A DNA stretch of 64,000 nucleotides from an uncultured delta proteobacterium (lineage in GTDB: Bacteria; Desulfobacterota; Binatia; UBA9968), in contig CAVWLW010000027.1 of NCBI GenBank assembly GCA_963755715.1, forward strand, positions 160,001 through 224,000. Reading direction: 5' to 3'. Both the position numbers and the translations under genes were made by a program. Within the stretch, counting starts at the first letter, position 1. Every line of letters starts with the position of its first letter. Below, one piece after another: positions 59,705-64,000 of the stretch. Below the pieces are notes generated by a model, which made no database searches, was not told the DNA's origin, and saw nothing but the letters and a program-made list of their open reading frames with translations.

Positions 59705-59855
59705 TGTTAGGTATGGAATTTTTAGACGTTAACGATCGGAGGATCGACGATTGTCCGGGTGGCGGCGTCAATACTGAACTGCAAACCCATCTGCGGGGAA
59801 AATTTAGTGATCTGAAATGGCCGGAACGGAGAGCCAAAGAAAGGTCGTCGAGAAT

Positions 59856-61040
59856 TCAGCGCGCGGCACGGCTCAGCGTCGCTCTTGTGTCCGACGCGGC
59901 GAAGAGGCCGATTCGCTCGTTGATCACACCGAGATCAATCAGCTGGTTTCTTTCGGGGTCGCGGATAATCCCAAGAGGTTCGAGCCCTTGCTGGACGCGC
60001 TCGATTTGCTCGCGCAGAAGTTTTCTGAGCTCGATCACTCCCTCGTCGCCGACACCGAGGTGTTCTCGGGCGCGGTTGGCGAGTAACCCTTGAGTTTCCC
60101 AGGCCATCGAGTCCTGCGCCGACACCATGTTCATCTTGTACTCTCGCGGTCCGGTCTTGAGCGGCGTGAAACGAAACGGCACCGGCGCGTCCGCGGGCGA
60201 GCGTTCGGTCTCTGACGGAACGAAATTTACGCGAAAAACCTGCGTGTGAAAGTCGTCCACTGGCACGCGGATCTGTAAGTTGTGACGATGTCCATTGCCC
60301 TCATTGAACGGCGCCACATGGCGCAGCACCGAGGGAAATAGCAGCGGATGTTCATCGACAGCGGGCTCCGCGCCGGTCGCCAGCGGCAGAGTCGTGCGCC
60401 GTTTTTTGATGCCGTATTCGAAGCGAATGAATTCATGCTTCTCGGCGTATTTTTTTACGCGCGGCGCGAGATGCGCCGTGTCGCCGTGCAGCCAATAGAG
60501 ATGCGACGGGTCGACGGAGTTTTCCATCGGCTGCAGCCAGTTGCACTCGATGATCGATTCCTTGACGATCCAACGTTTGCCATGCTCCCACACCAACACA
60601 TCCCAGCGCGGCAAGAGCGGCACCGGCGCCGGACCCAAATACGCGTAAATCAGCCCGCCGAGGTACTCGACCGGATAAGCAACATGTTTGATGCGGTCTT
60701 TGAACGTGCTGTCCGCCGGCTCCGCCGGCTGTTCGAGACATTTGCCCGTGCAATCGAACTTCCAACCGTGGTACGGGCAACGAATTCCCTCGTCATCGAC
60801 GCGGCCGTAGGCAAGTGAAGCCGAGCGATGCGGACAATGCTCGCCGACTAAACCGTAGTTGCCTTTCTTGTCGCGATAGACAACCAATTCCTCGCCGAGA
60901 ATTTTCACAGGGCGAATGGGTTTTTCTTCCGTGAATTCTCCCGCCGCCGCCACCGGGTGCCAATAACGGCGCAGCAGTTCGCCGCACGGCGTGCCGCGGC
61001 TGACTTGAGTTAGAAATTCGTTTTCTTCACGTGTGAGCAT
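59856..61040 (-). CDS. Rieske non-heme iron oxygenase alpha subunit (paralog)
   Basis: MLTREENE, CPH...CPYHGW, ENSVDPSH..WLH and QD.MAWETQG. Confidence 0.92.
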   Translation of the reverse strand: MLTREENEFLTQVSRGTPCGELLRRYWHPVAAAGEFTEEKPIRPVKILGEELVVYRDKKGNYGLVGEHCPHRSASLAYGRVDDEGIRCPYHGWKFDCTGKCLEQPAEPADSTFKDRIKHVAYPVEYLGGLIYAYLGPAPVPLLPRWDVLVWEHGKRWIVKESIIECNWLQPMENSVDPSHLYWLHGDTAHLAPRVKKYAEKHEFIRFEYGIKKRRTTLPLATGAEPAVDEHPLLFPSVLRHVAPFNEGNGHRHNLQIRVPVDDFHTQVFRVNFVPSETERSPADAPVPFRFTPLKTGPREYKMNMVSAQDSMAWETQGLLANRAREHLGVGDEGVIELRKLLREQIERVQQGLEPLGIIRDPERNQLIDLGVINERIGLFAASDTRATLSRAAR

Positions 61041-61088
61041 GGTTCTTTCTCTTACTCTTAAATGCAAAGTTACAACAATGCAAAACCG

Positions 61089-62861
61089 TCAGCTTTGCTG
61101 CACGCCATAGCGTCGCGCGATGACATAATAAACCACCGCGATCGAAACCAAGATCACCGACCAAATGACGCCGAACGCGGCCAGCTCGCCCACCTGGGCG
61201 TTTTCCCAAAGCTCAAAGATCGCGACGGAAACCACCGGCGTCTGCGGGCTCACGAGCAAAACCGACATGGACAATTCTTTGGCGGACAATAGAAAAATAA
61301 ATACCCAGCCGCCGAGAAACGACGGCGTGATCAGCGGCACGACGATGCGGCGCATGGAGTTGAACCAAGACGCGCCGGACACGTAAGAAGCCTCTTCGAG
61401 TTCCTTGTGCAACTGCAGCAAGGCCGAATGAGTATAGCGAATGCCGTAAGGGATGTAGCGGGTGACGAAAGCGATCAAGAGAATCCACAGCGTGCCGTAC
61501 ACGGGAATCGGCACGAACAGATAAAAGCGCAGGATCGCCAACCCCATGACGATGCCGGGGAACAACAGCGGCAGCGTCGTCAGCAAGTCGAGCAGCCACC
61601 GTCCGCGCATTTTGGTCCGCACCAGAAGCCAAGAGGCAAACAAGGTGAGTAACATCACCGCGCTGGCGCTGCCGAGCCCGAGCAGGATGCTGTTTTTGAT
61701 CGCGTCGGTGACTTTCGGGAAATGAAGCGCCGTGATGTAATTTTTCACTGTGAATTTGGCCATCGCTTCGATGGACGGCTGCATGTAATACGGCAACAAA
61801 GACGCCCAGAGAATAATGAGAAAAGGCAGCACGAGCAGCACGACGGAATAAAATACTAACGCCGACGCTGTGAGATAACGCCAGCGGCCGAGGTTAATCA
61901 GTTTGGGCCGGTAACCTTTACCCGTCACCGTGTGAAAACGATCGCCCTCGCGAGTGATGCGGAAATAGAAATAGAGCGTCGCCGCCACCACCAGCATCAA
62001 CAGCACCGAGAACGCGCCGGCGCTGCCATACTTCGGCGGCAGCTTCTGCGCGTCGAGGTAGATCGACGTGGTCAGCACGCGGATGTCGCCGGGAAGTCCG
62101 ACCAGTGCGGGAATCTCGAAGGACTCGAAGGATCGGATGAAGATCAACAACATCACGGAAAAGAACGCCGGCAGCATCAGCCGGAGCGATATTCGCCGCA
62201 TGGTCTGCCAAACCCGTGCGCCGCAAACCGATGAAGCTTCTTCCAGCGAAGGATCCATGGAGCGGAACGTGGCCGCCAACATGAGAAAGACAAAAGGCGA
62301 CCACAGCAACGACTCGATGAAAATCATGCCGAACAGCGAATAAATGTTGACCACCGGGCCCGGCTGATCCAGCACGGTTTTAAGCCAGTAATTGACCGGC
62401 CCTGCCCTGCCCAGCAACAATAACCAGCCGATGGTGTAAAGAATAAAGGGAGTGCCGAAGGAAGCGAACGCGGTAAAATAACCCAAGCCGCGCAGCGGAC
62501 TGTCCGTGCGCGTGACGATCCAAGCGATTGAGCCGCCAAGCAGGGTCGCCAGAAGCGCGCTGCCCAAAGAAAAATAGAATGTGTTCAGAAACGGGCCAAT
62601 GACCTGCAGCTCGCGCAGCAGATCTTGATAATAGCGGAGCGTGAACTCATCGATCTCACCGGTGAGCTTGGTCGTGAACAGACTGGTTTGGATGACGGAA
62701 TAGAGCGGCGGCAAAACAAGATAAGCGGTGACGACCGATACGATGATCATCACGATCGTCGCAACATCAAAATTGGAAGTCGTTCCCAGCGACCAAAGTC
62801 CACCCGAGGTGCGGGTTTTCAGCGGCACGCCGATGGTCTTGGTCGATTGTTGCTTGGCCAC
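61089..62861 (-). CDS. FbpB-like double-domain ABC permease
   Basis: Two EAA loops (LEEASSVCGA, LEEASYVSGA) and about 12 TM helices. Confidence 0.9.
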   Translation of the reverse strand: MAKQQSTKTIGVPLKTRTSGGLWSLGTTSNFDVATIVMIIVSVVTAYLVLPPLYSVIQTSLFTTKLTGEIDEFTLRYYQDLLRELQVIGPFLNTFYFSLGSALLATLLGGSIAWIVTRTDSPLRGLGYFTAFASFGTPFILYTIGWLLLLGRAGPVNYWLKTVLDQPGPVVNIYSLFGMIFIESLLWSPFVFLMLAATFRSMDPSLEEASSVCGARVWQTMRRISLRLMLPAFFSVMLLIFIRSFESFEIPALVGLPGDIRVLTTSIYLDAQKLPPKYGSAGAFSVLLMLVVAATLYFYFRITREGDRFHTVTGKGYRPKLINLGRWRYLTASALVFYSVVLLVLPFLIILWASLLPYYMQPSIEAMAKFTVKNYITALHFPKVTDAIKNSILLGLGSASAVMLLTLFASWLLVRTKMRGRWLLDLLTTLPLLFPGIVMGLAILRFYLFVPIPVYGTLWILLIAFVTRYIPYGIRYTHSALLQLHKELEEASYVSGASWFNSMRRIVVPLITPSFLGGWVFIFLLSAKELSMSVLLVSPQTPVVSVAIFELWENAQVGELAAFGVIWSVILVSIAVVYYVIARRYGVQQS

Positions 62862-62870
62862 GATGCGCCG

Positions 62871-63962
62871 CTACTTCACAAATATGTTGTTAAAGTAATC
62901 CACCCAGTCATTGCCTTTGTCGTACTGCGCATCTGGGTTGATATAGTAGGCACGCTTGAACCGTCCATTGCCGGGTTTCAAATCGACCTGCTTCGCCGGA
63001 ACTTTCGGGTGCGAAGGTAAGTAGTTCGATTGCTGAAAAACCTTTTGACCCCTCTCCGACATCGCGAAATCGAGGAGGAGCATCGCGGCGTGCGGGTGCG
63101 CTGAGTTTTTTGCGAGGGCAATCGTTTGAATGGTTGCGGTCACCGGTTCATGCGGCTGCCAATCCACCGGCGCCCCCGCCGATTTGCTGATAAAAGCGTG
63201 ATGATTGAATATTTGCAGCGCCAAGGGATATTCGCCGGCGATCGTCAAATCCAAAACTTGGCGATTGCTCGCAGTGGTCTTGGCAATGTTTTGCGCCTTC
63301 AATTTTTGTAAGTAAGTTTTACCGGCTTCCGCTCCCATGGTGCCCAGAATCGTGCCGATGAAGATCGGCGCACCGGAGCCGCGGCTCGTCGACCACATCA
63401 TCTGACCTTTCCAGCGCGGGTTGAGTAAGTCTTCGTAGGTTTTCGGAACTTCATTCGGCTTGACCATGCGCGTGTTGTAGCCGGTCGCGAAAAAATAAAG
63501 ATTGGTCGTTCCCCAAAACCCTTGGGCGTCTTTCAAATCGGCCGGATATTCCGCCAGCATCGGCGAATAGAATCGCTGTAATAAATTCGCTCGCCGCACC
63601 ATTGTCGGCGACACCGTGCCGTCGATAATGTCGACGTCGTATCTCTTGGCTTGATACTCAGCGAGCATCTTTTGCACCAGGCGTTCGGCGTTGCCGCGGA
63701 AGAATTCTACCTGCAGAAATGGGTACTCTTTCTCGAAAGCGTCTTTCACAGGCCGCACCACCTGATCGACGATCAGCGTCGTGTACCAGGAAACCTTTCC
63801 CTCTTTCTTTGCTCCCTCGACGAGAACCTTTTGCCGGTCGGCACGGTTCATCAGTGCGATCTCTTCCACCGTCGCGGCCATGACTCGGTGCGTTATCGCT
63901 ACGTCGGCGAGTCCAGCCACGATTGCGATAACGACGATCCATGACCGCTGGATTTTGGCCAT
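62871..63962 (-). CDS. Fe3+/thiamine-type ABC substrate-binding protein
   Basis: Signal peptide; GAKKEGKVSWYT, GYNT, DLLNPRWKG and HPHAAML. Confidence 0.9.
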   Translation of the reverse strand: MAKIQRSWIVVIAIVAGLADVAITHRVMAATVEEIALMNRADRQKVLVEGAKKEGKVSWYTTLIVDQVVRPVKDAFEKEYPFLQVEFFRGNAERLVQKMLAEYQAKRYDVDIIDGTVSPTMVRRANLLQRFYSPMLAEYPADLKDAQGFWGTTNLYFFATGYNTRMVKPNEVPKTYEDLLNPRWKGQMMWSTSRGSGAPIFIGTILGTMGAEAGKTYLQKLKAQNIAKTTASNRQVLDLTIAGEYPLALQIFNHHAFISKSAGAPVDWQPHEPVTATIQTIALAKNSAHPHAAMLLLDFAMSERGQKVFQQSNYLPSHPKVPAKQVDLKPGNGRFKRAYYINPDAQYDKGNDWVDYFNNIFVK

Positions 63963-64000
63963 CTCTCAGTCCCCTTCTAAAATCAAGGCGGTGATTTCTG

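Overview
This 64-kb window is gene-dense bacterial chromosomal DNA given over almost entirely to uptake and breakdown of small organic and aromatic compounds. Gene content and repeat style suggest Candidatus Binatia (inference, not verified). It holds pcaDCHG with a MarR regulator and a decarboxylase-type amidohydrolase, 11 NMT1/SsuA-like solute-binding proteins with no cognate permease, TctABC, two Fe/thiamine-type ABC permeases, two Rieske oxygenase alpha subunits and many oxidoreductases and hydrolases. About 15 genes carry single-base frameshifts, most likely long-read errors. I saw no rRNA, tRNA, CRISPR, transposase or phage genes. The main observations not shown by the ORF track are: (1) a DsbA/FrnE gene whose active site reads TGA-Pro-Trp-Cys with a SECIS-like hairpin, a likely selenoprotein; (2) a module of a sigma54 promoter with IHF and enhancer sites, a 66-aa C2H2 zinc-finger microprotein and a 3' structured RNA with an anti-Shine-Dalgarno loop; (3) several families of intergenic REP-like and tandem-inverted-repeat elements, one of them inside a signal-peptide coding region; (4) a Rieske / class II aldolase / signal-less binding-protein cluster that may funnel aromatic carboxylates to protocatechuate.
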